DNA from: Polyangia bacterium
GTDB lineage: Bacteria > Myxococcota_A > Polyangia > Fen-1088
Direction: 5' to 3'
DNA: 64,000 bases
NCBI GenBank assembly: GCA_035696125.1
Contig: DASRQZ010000213.1
Coordinates: forward strand, 59,048 to 123,047
Below the pieces are notes generated by a model that ran no database searches, had not been told where the DNA came from, and worked only from the letters and a program-made list of their open reading frames with translations. This document shows positions 21,129 to 30,820 of this stretch, piece by piece. Numbering within the stretch: position 1 is the stretch's first letter; each line of letters opens with the position of its first letter. Made by a program: the position numbers and the translations under genes.

Positions 21129-22451
21129 ATGGACTCCGACCGCAGCGCCGCGCCCGCGATTCGCCAGCGCCTGGGCCTGTGCATGATCGTGCGCAACGAG
21201 GAGAAGCGGCTCGCGCGCTGCCTGGCGTCGGCGCTTCCCTGGGTCGGCGAGGCGGTGGTGGTCGACACCGGCTCCACCGACGGCACCGCGGCGCTGGCCG
21301 AATCGATGGGCGCGCGCGTGCCCCGCTTCGCCTGGTGCGACGACTTCGCGAGGGCGCGCAATCATGCGCTGGCCGAGGCGACCGCCGAGTGGGTGCTGGT
21401 GCTCGACGCCGACGAGGTCTTGCGGGTCGACGACGCGGACGCCTGGGCGGCCGCGCTGGCCAGCGCCGCCATCGCGGCCTACTCCATCGACTGCCACGAC
21501 CGCATCGATGACGGCGGGGTCGCCGTGGGCCCGGTGTTGCGTCTGTTCCGGCGCGCGGCGCCCGACATGCTGTATCGGGGCGAGGTGCACGAGCAGATCG
21601 TCGCGGTGGCCGAGCGCCGATGCGCCACCGCCCACGCCCGCTTCATCCACATCGAGCACGACGGCCATACCAGCGCGGTGGTCGCCGAGCACCGGACGCT
21701 GGAACGAAATCTCAGGTTGGCGCGGGTCATGGTCGCCTCGCGGCCCGCCGATCCCTTCGCCTGGTTCTGCCTGGGCCAGGCGGTGCAGGCGGCGGTGCCC
21801 GAGAGCGCCGAGGCCATCTCCGCCTTCGAGCGCGCCCTGGAACGCATCGATGCCCTCGGGCCGGCTCACCGCGACGAGAGCTACCTGGCTGCGCTGTGGA
21901 TCAACCTGGTGCGCGCCCTGGCGCGCGGCGGGCGGGCGCGCGACGCGCTGGAGATCTCGGCGCGCGCGCTGTGCGACTTCCCGGATTCACCCGACCTGCG
22001 CTTTCTGCGCGGCAAGCTGCTGCTCGACGCCGGCCACGTCGCGGCCGCCACGCGCGAGCTGGAAGAGTGCTTGTCTCCGGGCGCGCGCCGGTTCTTCCTG
22101 CGCCAGGACCCGGGCGCGGTCGGGTACGCCGCCGAGACCCAGCTGGCCATCTGCTGCCTCAAGCTGGGTCAGGTGGATCGCGCGGCGCGCACGCTGCGCC
22201 AGGCCGCCGAGAGCGCGCCGCCGGGCTATCACCTGCCGCGCCTGCTGCTGGGCATCCTGTTGCTCTCGCGCCGCGCCCCCGCCGAGGCTGAACCGTTGCT
22301 GGGTTCCGTGGTCGCGCAGCGTCCGCAAGATCTGGACGCCAGGCTGCACTGGGCGCGCGCCCTGCTGGCCCTGGGCCGCAGAGCCGACGCGGAAGCGGCG
22401 CTGGCTCCGCTCGCGGGTGATCCGCGCGCGACCCAGCTGCTGGCGGCGTGA
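21129..22451 (+). CDS. GT2 glycosyltransferase with C-terminal TPR repeats (paralog of 7080-8705)
   Basis: LCMIVRNEEKRLARCL...VVDTGSTDGT...LDADE; C-terminal TPR-like helices. Confidence 0.8.
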   Translation: MDSDRSAAPAIRQRLGLCMIVRNEEKRLARCLASALPWVGEAVVVDTGSTDGTAALAESMGARVPRFAWCDDFARARNHALAEATAEWVLVLDADEVLRVDDADAWAAALASAAIAAYSIDCHDRIDDGGVAVGPVLRLFRRAAPDMLYRGEVHEQIVAVAERRCATAHARFIHIEHDGHTSAVVAEHRTLERNLRLARVMVASRPADPFAWFCLGQAVQAAVPESAEAISAFERALERIDALGPAHRDESYLAALWINLVRALARGGRARDALEISARALCDFPDSPDLRFLRGKLLLDAGHVAAATRELEECLSPGARRFFLRQDPGAVGYAAETQLAICCLKLGQVDRAARTLRQAAESAPPGYHLPRLLLGILLLSRRAPAEAEPLLGSVVAQRPQDLDARLHWARALLALGRRADAEAALAPLAGDPRATQLLAA

Positions 22452-22463
22452 GCACCCGTCCTT

Positions 22464-22563
<100 letters not shown>

Positions 22564-22596
22564 GACGGATCGGATCCGGACAGGCTGGTTCATGTC

Positions 22597-23592
22597 TTGG
22601 CGGTCGGGGCCACCTTGTGGTATTCGCCCTGGCCGATGAGCGCATCGACGGAAATCATCTCCTATGCCGGCTGGGCCCGTAACCTGCGCATCGCCAACGA
22701 TGACGTGGAGCTGGTGGTGACCCTGGACGTTGGACCCCGGGTCATCCGCTACGCCACGCGGGGCGGTGAGAACCAGTTCGGGGAGAGCCCCGACCAGCTC
22801 GGCAAGTCGGGCGAGACGCGCTGGATGCCGCGCGGGGGACATCGACTGTGGATCGCGCCCGAGGACAAGACCCGGACCTACGCGCCCGACAACCGGCCGA
22901 TCGAGCACCAGGTGATGACGGCCAGGCCCGGCCAGAGCGGCGCGCAGGTGCGGCTGGTGCAAGGCCCCGACCAGCCTTACGGCGTGCAGAAGGAGATCGA
23001 GATCGCGCTCGCCGGATCGGGCAGCCAGGTCACGGTCGTGCACCGGATCGGCAATGTCGGCGCGCGCCCGATCGAGGTCTCGCCCTGGGCGCTGACGGTG
23101 ATGCCGCCCGGTGGGACCGCGATCGTGCCGCTGCCCGAGAAGCGCCCGCACCCAGGGTCGATACCCGGCTCTGTTGACGCCGACTACTGGCCCAATCAGA
23201 CCATCGCCCTGTGGAGCTACCTCGATCTCAAGGACCCGCGCCTGATGCTGGGCACCCGCTTCATCACCGTGCGCCAGGACCCGCGCGCGACCACCCTGCT
23301 CAAATTCGGCCTCTCGCACGCCGCCGGCTGGCTCGGCTACTGGCGCGATGGCGGCCTGTTCGTGAAATCGATCGACTACCAGGCCGGCAAGCTCTACCCC
23401 GACCGCGGATGTAACTTCGAGCTTTACACCGATCCAAACATTCTGGAGGTCGAGACGCTGGGGCCGCTGGTCACGTTGGCGCCCGGCGAGAAGACCGAAC
23501 ACGTCGAGACGTGGCGGCTGTTCACAGGGGTGGCGGCGATCGGCGACGAGGCGAGCATCGCGCAGAACGTGGCGACGCTGGCCGGCGGGTAG
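22597..23592 (+). CDS. Hypothetical protein (beta-rich, no recognised motif)
   Basis: 331 aa ORF with genome-typical GC3; bracketed by two hexamer hairpin elements; real start may be the second Met (22636). Confidence 0.5.
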   Translation: MAVGATLWYSPWPMSASTEIISYAGWARNLRIANDDVELVVTLDVGPRVIRYATRGGENQFGESPDQLGKSGETRWMPRGGHRLWIAPEDKTRTYAPDNRPIEHQVMTARPGQSGAQVRLVQGPDQPYGVQKEIEIALAGSGSQVTVVHRIGNVGARPIEVSPWALTVMPPGGTAIVPLPEKRPHPGSIPGSVDADYWPNQTIALWSYLDLKDPRLMLGTRFITVRQDPRATTLLKFGLSHAAGWLGYWRDGGLFVKSIDYQAGKLYPDRGCNFELYTDPNILEVETLGPLVTLAPGEKTEHVETWRLFTGVAAIGDEASIAQNVATLAGG

Positions 23593-23633
23593 AGCGACGG
23601 CCGGACTCGCTCTGTAACGTCCTCTCAAGGTAT

Positions 23634-23714
23634 CGCCCACGGCGACGCTGACGCCGACGCGAACGGACAGATCCGGATCCGACCGTCGGCGTCGCCGTCG
23701 GCGTCGGCGTCGGC
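23634..23714. repeat. Hairpin element: CGCCCACGGCGACGCTGACGCCGACG - loop gaacggacagatccggatccga - (GTCGGC/GTCGCC)5
   Basis: Loop homologous to the 12027-12109 element (GGACAGAyCC..GGATCC.ACCGTCGG). Confidence 0.9.
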
Positions 23715-24093
23715 GATACCAATTCAACCCTCACGAGAGGGAAAGAGGCTTGCCGCGCGCGCGCCGCCCTACTTCGCCAGCGACGGATACACCGGACACC
23801 CGCACGGGAACGGGCGCGCGTGCTCGGTGCCCTGCCCTTCTCGCGCGGGGTCGCGGCACGAATCGGCCTCCTCGCAAGACACCAGCCGATCGATGGTCAG
23901 GTTGCGCGCCGCGGCCACCGGCCTCTGGAAATGCGGACAGAAGACCAGGACTTTGAGCAGCTCCGCGCGGCGCACCCAGCCAGTAAACCATGCTCGACCG
24001 TCAGCGCGCCAGCGCGCGCACGGCTGAGCCGAGCCCCTTGCCCAGCGAGCGACCGATTCCCATATTGGAGCCACACAAAGAAGGAGGAGCGCC

Positions 24094-24627
24094 ATGCGGA
24101 AGAGCTGCATGTTTCTGGTCGGCGCCTCGCTGTTGGGGTTGGGTTTGGCGGCACCCGCGCGCGCGGACCAGCTGCCCGGCGACAAGACGGCGCAAGCGCA
24201 GAGCGAGATCCAGACCCGCTGGATGCAGGACACGGATCTCAAGAACAATCGGCTGCAGGCCACCGTCGACAACGGGGTGGCGACCCTCAAAGGTACGGTC
24301 GACACGGAGTTCGAAAGGATCAAGGCCGCCAAGCTGGCGATGGTCAAGGGCGTGAACCAGGTCGACAACCAGCTCAAGGTCGGCAGCGAGGGGGCCAAGG
24401 CCACGGTCAGCGACGCGGCCATCACCGCCCGTCTCAAGACCGAGCTGGTCGCAGAGGAAAAGACGCGCGGCGTGCGCGTGCAGACCAACAACAGCGTGGT
24501 CAGCCTGACCGGCACGGTCCCGTCCGAATCGGCGCGCCAGCGCGCGCTGGAGCTGGCCCAGACCTTGACCGGCGTCGTGCGGGTCGAAGACAACATCAAG
24601 GTTCAGCCGCCGAGCGGGACCCAGTAG
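24094..24627 (+). CDS. Secreted BON-domain protein (OsmY-like, two BON domains)
   Basis: Signal peptide, two repeats of the VxNGVVTLxGxV BON pattern; AAGGAGGA RBS upstream. Confidence 0.8.
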   Translation: MRKSCMFLVGASLLGLGLAAPARADQLPGDKTAQAQSEIQTRWMQDTDLKNNRLQATVDNGVATLKGTVDTEFERIKAAKLAMVKGVNQVDNQLKVGSEGAKATVSDAAITARLKTELVAEEKTRGVRVQTNNSVVSLTGTVPSESARQRALELAQTLTGVVRVEDNIKVQPPSGTQ

Positions 24628-24691
24628 CCGCCGGCGCGCAGCCCACGGAGACGGTGTCGCGCGGTCGAGACCACCTCACCGCGCGCGGCGC

Positions 24692-25078
24692 TCAATACGC
24701 CGCGTAAGACTTCTCCTCGACGATGTCAGCGTGGAGGAGATCGTTGATGCGGCGTTTGAGCGCGGCCCGTTCATCATTGGTGCGGTAGACCGCTCGCGCC
24801 AGCGCCACGAAGCGCGGGCCGAAGTCGCCCGCCCGCTCGCAGTCGCGAATCTCATCCTCGACCCGCCACAGTGTCGCGTTGACCTGCTTGAGCGCAGCGC
24901 TCAGCTGGGTCAACGCGGGCGACGCGGGCAGGGTCACGTCGCGCGCCGACACCAGCGCCGCCAGCTCTGCGCGCACGTTGGCCAGCTTGTCCGGCGCGAC
25001 CAGATGCACGGCCTTGATCTCGAGGATGGTGATCTTGTCGATGAGCTCGCCCGGACCGATCGGCACCTCCAGCCTCAT
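24692..25078 (-). CDS. Conserved hypothetical protein, last gene of the fliL-fliA operon
   Basis: 128 aa; ATGA overlap with the upstream TPR-GT9 gene. Confidence 0.5.
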   Translation of the reverse strand: MRLEVPIGPGELIDKITILEIKAVHLVAPDKLANVRAELAALVSARDVTLPASPALTQLSAALKQVNATLWRVEDEIRDCERAGDFGPRFVALARAVYRTNDERAALKRRINDLLHADIVEEKSYAAY

Positions 25079-26691
25079 GGCGCCACTCCTCGCTGGCCGG
25101 CGGTGAGGCGCTCCGCCAGCGCGGCTCCGATGCGGGCGAACACCGCGGACCAGTCACCGGGTTCGGCCTGGCGAAAGAGGCGCATGGTCGGGTACCAGTC
25201 CGTGCTCTCACCGGCCGTGCCCCAGCGCCAGTCGGGCAAGTGGGCCAATGCCAACCAGACCGGCGCGCCCAGCGCACCCGCCAGGTGCGGGATCGCTGTG
25301 TCCGAAGTCACGATCAGGTCGAGCCCGGCGATCACCGCCGCGGTGTCCAGGAAGGCGCCTTCGGCATCCAGCGATGGGCCGAGGTCGATGACCCGGGGAT
25401 CGGCGGACAGCGTGCCCAGCTGTTCGCGGCCGTCCCCGTGCTGCAGGCTGACGACCGCCGCCCCCGCGGCGCGCGCCGCGCGCACCAGCGGCTGAAAGGA
25501 GGCCAGCGGGATCGATCGCCGTCCGTCGGCGCGGTAGCGGCGGTTTCCCTGCCAGGCGATGCCCACGCGGAAGCGCGCGCCACCGGTCAGCTCGTCCAGA
25601 CGCGCCCGCCACTGCCGGATGCGCGCCGGGTCGGCGTGAAGGTAGGGCGCGCCGCCCTCGCCGTTCGCGCCGGTGGCCGCCCGGCCGCCCAGCCAGGGCG
25701 GCACGCTGAACAGGCCGGCGCGCACATCGACGGCCGGCAAGCTGGCGCCGCGCGCCACGATCCGGTCGACCCCCGCGCAGCGGGTCAGCAGCGCGCTCAG
25801 GGCCGGCTGGCATTCCAGGATCACCTCACCCGCGCCGCCGAGCTGCTTGGCGGCACGCGCGTAGCGCGCCAGCTGCAAGGTATCGCCCAACCCCTGCTCG
25901 GCCTGCAGCAGCAGTCGGCGGCCGGCAAGCGCCTGGCCATTCCAGCGCGGAATCGCGGCGCTCTCCGCGGTGAGCGCGACGCGCAAGCCAGCGATCTGGT
26001 GCCGCCACTCCAGCTCAGCCCAGCCCTGCCGCTCCTCGTCGCCCGAGGCCGGCGCCGTCAACAACGTCAGGCCGAGGTTCCAGTGCGCGTCTGCGTTGGC
26101 GGGGTCGTGGGCGATGGCGCGCCGGAGGTGTTCCGCGCCGCCGGCCAGATCGCCCTGCTCCTTGCGCGCGTACCCGACGTTGGTCTCGAAACGCGCGTCG
26201 GCGGGGGCCAGCGCCACCGCCGCGCGCGCCGCCGCCTCCGCCTCCGCCGGCCGATCCGCGGCCAGCAGCAGGCCCGACAGGTTGCCGTGGAGATCGGCCA
26301 CCTCGGGCGCCCGCGCGACCGCCGACTGCAAGGTGGCGATCGCTTCGTCGAGGCGCCCGGCGGCGCGATAGGCCAGCGCGAGATTGGACAGCGCGCGGTG
26401 GTCACCGCCCAGCTCGACGGCGCGGCGATGGCTCGCGATCGCCTCGCCCAGTCGATCCAGCGCCTTCAGCGCCGTGCCGGCGCAGGTGTGGCCCACCCAA
26501 TCGTCGGGTCGCGCCTCGATCGCGCGCAGGTAGCAATCCAGTGCACCCTGCTGGTCGCTCCGCTGCTGCGCCGCCGCTCCCAGTTGCAACAGCTGCGCGG
26601 CGCGCGCGGCGGGGCTGCTGGCTTCGGCTGCCGACGAGGGCGGGCTCGAAGTCGAGGTCGAGGTCGGCGCGGGGCTGCGGCCGCCGCTCAC
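25075..26691 (-). CDS. TPR-repeat protein fused to GT9-like (heptosyltransferase-fold) glycosyltransferase
   Basis: N-terminal TPR repeats; C-terminal VTSDTAIPHLAGALGAPVWLAL matches the GT9 nucleotide-sugar-binding motif. Confidence 0.7.
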   Translation of the reverse strand: MSGGRSPAPTSTSTSSPPSSAAEASSPAARAAQLLQLGAAAQQRSDQQGALDCYLRAIEARPDDWVGHTCAGTALKALDRLGEAIASHRRAVELGGDHRALSNLALAYRAAGRLDEAIATLQSAVARAPEVADLHGNLSGLLLAADRPAEAEAAARAAVALAPADARFETNVGYARKEQGDLAGGAEHLRRAIAHDPANADAHWNLGLTLLTAPASGDEERQGWAELEWRHQIAGLRVALTAESAAIPRWNGQALAGRRLLLQAEQGLGDTLQLARYARAAKQLGGAGEVILECQPALSALLTRCAGVDRIVARGASLPAVDVRAGLFSVPPWLGGRAATGANGEGGAPYLHADPARIRQWRARLDELTGGARFRVGIAWQGNRRYRADGRRSIPLASFQPLVRAARAAGAAVVSLQHGDGREQLGTLSADPRVIDLGPSLDAEGAFLDTAAVIAGLDLIVTSDTAIPHLAGALGAPVWLALAHLPDWRWGTAGESTDWYPTMRLFRQAEPGDWSAVFARIGAALAERLTAGQRGVAP

Positions 26692-26694
26692 CGG

Positions 26695-27954
26695 TTATGT
26701 CTCCCCGACCAGCCCGGCCGCCATCACCCGCCAGGCGGGCAGCTTGCCGACCAGGCCGGCTGCGTCCAGGTAGGCGCCGTCGAAGACCGCGCGCTTGCCC
26801 GTGCCTTCGTTGGCCGGCGTGGTCATCTCGTGGGCCAGGACGTCGGCGATGTGAACCGCGCCGCTGACGTCGAACTTGCTGCGCCCGGCTGCCGACGGGT
26901 CGTGGTGGAAGGCCACCGCCTCGACCACCACGGTGGGCAAGCCCCAGATCCCGAACAGGTAGGCGCCCACCTCGGGGTGCGAGGTGCCGAACTCCGCGCT
27001 CTCCAGCAGCGTCAGCGGCAAGCCCTCACGCGATGCCTGCAGAGCGATGCGCCGGTAGGCCTCGGGGAAGCGGTTGGCCAGCACCAGCTTGCCGGCGTCG
27101 TGCAGCAGCGCCGAGACGAAGGCCTCGTCGCGGTCTTGCTTGACCGTCATCAGGCGCGCGGCGATGCGCGCGGCCAGCAGCGAGTGCTGCTGCAGCATCG
27201 CCAGGGACACACCGTAGAAGTCGTCGCGCACGTCGTAAGCCGAAAAGATCGCCGACGCCAGCGCCAGATGCTGGACGGTGTTCATGCCCAGCAGCATCAC
27301 GGCCTGCTCCACGCTGGCGATGGGCGCGCCGTTGCTGCTGCGCACGCCGAAGAAGGCCGAGTTCACCAGCTGCAGCAGCTTGGCCGACATACCGATGTCG
27401 CGCTCGACGACGCCCGCGATCTTCTTGAGGTCGGCGCGCGGGTCGCGCAGCGCGTTCTGCAGCTCCAGATACAGCGCGGGCACCACCGGTAGCGCCGAGA
27501 TGCTGCCGACCGCGTCGCGGATCGCTGGCCGTTCCAGCAGCTCGCGCACCGTGCAGGCGCGCGCCAGGGTGTCGCGCAAGCCCAGCACGTCGAAGGGCTT
27601 GGCCAGGAACTGGTGGGCGATGCCGGCCAGGCGGGTCGATGTGTCGCGGTCACCGGGCGCGGTGAAGACGATGCGGGTCACGCCCGGGTGGTCGCGCTTG
27701 ACCCTGTCGAGCAGCTCCACGCCCTGCCGTGGGTTGGCGCCCGTGAGCCGCACCTCGGTCACCAGCACGTCCACGGCCCGCTCGGCCAGCTTGTCGAGCG
27801 CGGCCGACATCGAGCCGGCGAAGATCATCTCCCAGCGGTGGCGCTCGGGGTGCAGCAGCCGCTCGAACGCCTTCAACATGCCCGGCTCATCGTCGACGAA
27901 CAGGATGCAGTGCCGGCGCTCCGAGGCCCTCTCGCTGCGCAGGCTGACATCCAT
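26695..27954 (-). CDS. Response regulator receiver + HDOD domain protein
   Basis: REC domain (ILFVDDEPGMLKAF...DVLVTEVRL...) followed by HDOD (SAKLLQLVNSAFFG...ALLHDAGKLVL); start at MDVSL (27954), 5 nt after the fliA stop. Confidence 0.8.
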   Translation of the reverse strand: MDVSLRSERASERRHCILFVDDEPGMLKAFERLLHPERHRWEMIFAGSMSAALDKLAERAVDVLVTEVRLTGANPRQGVELLDRVKRDHPGVTRIVFTAPGDRDTSTRLAGIAHQFLAKPFDVLGLRDTLARACTVRELLERPAIRDAVGSISALPVVPALYLELQNALRDPRADLKKIAGVVERDIGMSAKLLQLVNSAFFGVRSSNGAPIASVEQAVMLLGMNTVQHLALASAIFSAYDVRDDFYGVSLAMLQQHSLLAARIAARLMTVKQDRDEAFVSALLHDAGKLVLANRFPEAYRRIALQASREGLPLTLLESAEFGTSHPEVGAYLFGIWGLPTVVVEAVAFHHDPSAAGRSKFDVSGAVHIADVLAHEMTTPANEGTGKRAVFDGAYLDAAGLVGKLPAWRVMAAGLVGET

Positions 27955-27959
27955 CTGAT

Positions 27960-28691
27960 TCACCCCCCCGCGCTCCCGAGCGCGAAATCCGGCATGGTGG
28001 CGCGCAGCCGTTTCAGAGCATCGGCGTGCAGCTGGCACACGCGCGGCTCGCTGACGTCCAGCATCTTGGCGATCTCACGGTAGGTCAGCCCTTCGACGTA
28101 GTGCAGGCCCATGACGGTCTGCAGCCGCTCGGGCAACTTCTTGAAGCTCTCGGACAGCGCCTTGGCCATCTGCGCGCGCGCGATGTGGTCTTCGGCGGCG
28201 TTCGATGTCCCATCCTCACCGCCCGAGGCCAGCACGTGCGCCGCCTTGTCGAGCGGCACGTGCGGTTCGAGCAGGGTCTCGAGGCCGCTCAGCTCCTCCA
28301 TATCGATGTTCATGGCCTGCGCCACCTCCTCGGTGGTCGCGTCGCGGCCCAGCTGACCAGCCAGGCGCTGCTTGACCTTCTGTACGTCGTCGGTGCGCGA
28401 GCGCAGCCGGCGCGGCAGGTGGTCCATGCGGCGCAGCTCGTCCAGCATCGCGCCGCGGATGCGGTGCTCGACGAAGGTCTCGAAGCTGACCCCGCGCGTG
28501 GCGTCGTAGCGCGGCGCCGCCTCCAGCAGCCCGAGCGCGCCCGCCGACCACAGGTCGTCGAACGCGCTCTTGAGCCCGGTGCGCAGCGCGATCCGGCGCG
28601 CGGCCCGATCGATGATCGGCGCGTAGCGCTGAATCAACTCGTCGGCGTCGGCGGTCGCCGAAGTATATGTGGCCAGGGCGCGTCGAATCAT
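27960..28691 (-). CDS. fliA: Flagellar sigma factor FliA (sigma-28)
   Basis: Sigma70 r2-r4 regions (ELIQRYAPIIDRAARRIALRTG...LTYREIAKMLDVSEPRVCQLHADALKRLR); start at MIRRAL (28691). Confidence 0.85.
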   Translation of the reverse strand: MIRRALATYTSATADADELIQRYAPIIDRAARRIALRTGLKSAFDDLWSAGALGLLEAAPRYDATRGVSFETFVEHRIRGAMLDELRRMDHLPRRLRSRTDDVQKVKQRLAGQLGRDATTEEVAQAMNIDMEELSGLETLLEPHVPLDKAAHVLASGGEDGTSNAAEDHIARAQMAKALSESFKKLPERLQTVMGLHYVEGLTYREIAKMLDVSEPRVCQLHADALKRLRATMPDFALGSAGG

Positions 28692-28695
28692 GGCG

Positions 28696-29571
28696 TCAAC
28701 CGGCAGGCGGAGCCGACTCCCGCAGCAGGCGCTGCCACATGACCTTGAGACCGCCGTCGAGCTTGCTGGCGGGCGGACCGTCGAGCAGGCGCACCGCGAT
28801 GTCACCCAGCGCGCGGCTCGCCGGCGAGCTCGGGAACATGTCGACCAGCGGCCGCTGCGCCATGATGGCGCGGTGGAAGTTCTCGTCGCGCGGGATGTAG
28901 CCCAGGTGGCGCATGCGCGCGGTCAGAAAGCGGTTGGTGACCGTGGTCAGCTTGTTGAAGATCCCGCGCGCCGCCAGCTCGTCGACCACCGGGTTGACGA
29001 TGACGCTGAAACTCTGCACGCCAGCCTGCTGCGACAGCACCTTGACCACGGCGTAGGCGTCGATGAGCGCCGTCGGCTCCGGGTTGACGACCAGGATCGC
29101 CTCCTGCGCGGCGCCCACGAAGAACAGCACGTTGTCGCCGATGCCCGCGCCCGAGTCGATGAACACCACGTCGAAGAGATCCTCCAGCGGATCCAGGGCG
29201 GTGATGAACTGCCTCTTCTCGTTGTCGCTGAGCTGGGTCAAGCTCTGGATGCCCGAGCCCGCGGGTAAAAGGCAGATGCCATGCGGGCCCTGCACCAGGA
29301 CCTCGTTGATGGGCCGGCCGCCGCCGAGCACGTCGCCGAGGTGAAAGCGCGGCTTGAGTCCGAACAGGATCTCGATGTTGGCCAGGCCCAGATCGGCGTC
29401 GATGACCAGCACGCGCTTGCCGGTCTTGGCGATGTGGATCGCCAGGTTGGCCGCGACGTTGGACTTGCCCACCCCTCCCTTGCCACTGGTGACCGCGAAT
29501 ACCTTGAGCGCGGGGCGCGTCAACCGCCCATCCGCCGCCATGCTCCGTAGGCTGTCTGCCTGATCCGCCAC
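28696..29571 (-). CDS. flhG: Flagellar number regulator FlhG/FleN (MinD-like ATPase)
   Basis: Deviant Walker A VTSGKGGVGKS; MinD/ParA fold. Confidence 0.85.
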   Translation of the reverse strand: MADQADSLRSMAADGRLTRPALKVFAVTSGKGGVGKSNVAANLAIHIAKTGKRVLVIDADLGLANIEILFGLKPRFHLGDVLGGGRPINEVLVQGPHGICLLPAGSGIQSLTQLSDNEKRQFITALDPLEDLFDVVFIDSGAGIGDNVLFFVGAAQEAILVVNPEPTALIDAYAVVKVLSQQAGVQSFSVIVNPVVDELAARGIFNKLTTVTNRFLTARMRHLGYIPRDENFHRAIMAQRPLVDMFPSSPASRALGDIAVRLLDGPPASKLDGGLKVMWQRLLRESAPPAG

Positions 29572-29598
29572 GTTTCGAGCGCTCCTCTACCTTTACCT

Positions 29599-30771
29599 TC
29601 AGGGTCCGAAAACGATCCGCACCAGGTCGGGCCCGGTGACGGCGTGAATGTCCTCGGGCACGCGCTGGCCGTCGCTGATGCACGACACCGGGCGTGGCAG
29701 CGCCGACAGCGCCGAGTAGATCCCGGCCGACCCGTCGACCTCGTCGAGCTTGGTCAGGATCATCCGCTCGGGCGCGATGGCCCGGTAGCGGCGCGCGATG
29801 GCGCCCAGCTCGCGACCGCCGGCAGCCGCCGACAGCACCAGCTGCAGCTCGATCTGGGGCACCGAGCGCAGCAGCGAGGTCTGCTCCGCCAGCGATTGGT
29901 TGTCGGAGCGGCCCGCGGTGTCGATCAGCACCAGGTCGGCGTCCTGAAAGCGCTCGACGCCCGCGGCCAGCGCGGCGCGGTCGCGGGCGACGTGGGTCGG
30001 GATCCCCATGATGTTTCCGTAGCGGGCCAACTGGTCACTCGCTCCCACCCGGTACGTATCGACCGTAATCAGAGCCACCTTGAATCGGGTTTCCAGCAGT
30101 GCCCGCGCCGCGATCTTGGCGATCGCCGTGGTCTTGCCGACCCCGGTCGGGCCGATGAGGGCCAGGGTGCGCCGCCCTTCGGCCAGCCAGGGGGCGGCCG
30201 CGGGCGCCATCTGCTTGCGCATCGAGGTCTTGACCGCTTCTTCGATCTCATCGCCGCTGGACGCGCCCAGGCGGCGCGCCTCCTCGACCAGCCCGCGCGC
30301 CAGGAACTCCTCCATGCCGCGCCGGATGAGGTGCCTGTAGGTGCGCAGCTCCTCGCTGCTGAAGCGCGGCGCCTCGTCGTCGACCATGCCCCCGATCTCG
30401 CGCGGACCACCCGCGTTGCTCGCGGGCCGCGCGGCCGGCGGCATGCGCTGCCGCATGTCCTCGACCAGCCGGCGCAGCGCCGTGACCTCCGATTGCAGGT
30501 CTCCCCCGTTTCCGCCGGCGTAGGCCGCGGCGCGCTTGCCGCGCGTCCCGTGCAACGGGGCGTCCTCGAAGGCGGCCGCGCGCCGGGCGTCGGGCGCGCT
30601 GGCGGCGGGGCCGGCCGCCGTCACCTCGATCTGGGCGCGGCCGAACAGGCCGGCCGCGACTTCGCGGGTTTCCAGGATGACCGCTTCGCCGCCCAGGGCG
30701 GCGCGGACCGCGGACAGGGCGGCGCGCGCGTCGGGTGCGCGGAAGGTCCTCACGTTCGTGTGGGCGTTCAT
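29599..30771 (-). CDS. flhF: Flagellar biosynthesis GTPase FlhF (SRP-type)
   Basis: LIGPTGVGKTTAIAKIA...DTAGRS SRP-GTPase motifs. Confidence 0.85.
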   Translation of the reverse strand: MNAHTNVRTFRAPDARAALSAVRAALGGEAVILETREVAAGLFGRAQIEVTAAGPAASAPDARRAAAFEDAPLHGTRGKRAAAYAGGNGGDLQSEVTALRRLVEDMRQRMPPAARPASNAGGPREIGGMVDDEAPRFSSEELRTYRHLIRRGMEEFLARGLVEEARRLGASSGDEIEEAVKTSMRKQMAPAAAPWLAEGRRTLALIGPTGVGKTTAIAKIAARALLETRFKVALITVDTYRVGASDQLARYGNIMGIPTHVARDRAALAAGVERFQDADLVLIDTAGRSDNQSLAEQTSLLRSVPQIELQLVLSAAAGGRELGAIARRYRAIAPERMILTKLDEVDGSAGIYSALSALPRPVSCISDGQRVPEDIHAVTGPDLVRIVFGP

Positions 30772-30820
30772 GTTTTTCAGGCTCCTTGAGGGCTGCTCGG
30801 GGCGTGGAGGTCAGGTGAAG

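Noticed and set aside
23769-24599. 276-aa minus-strand ORF
   Set aside because: Ser/Thr/Leu-rich low-complexity translation antisense to the BON-domain gene, which has a signal peptide, a strong RBS and domain repeats.
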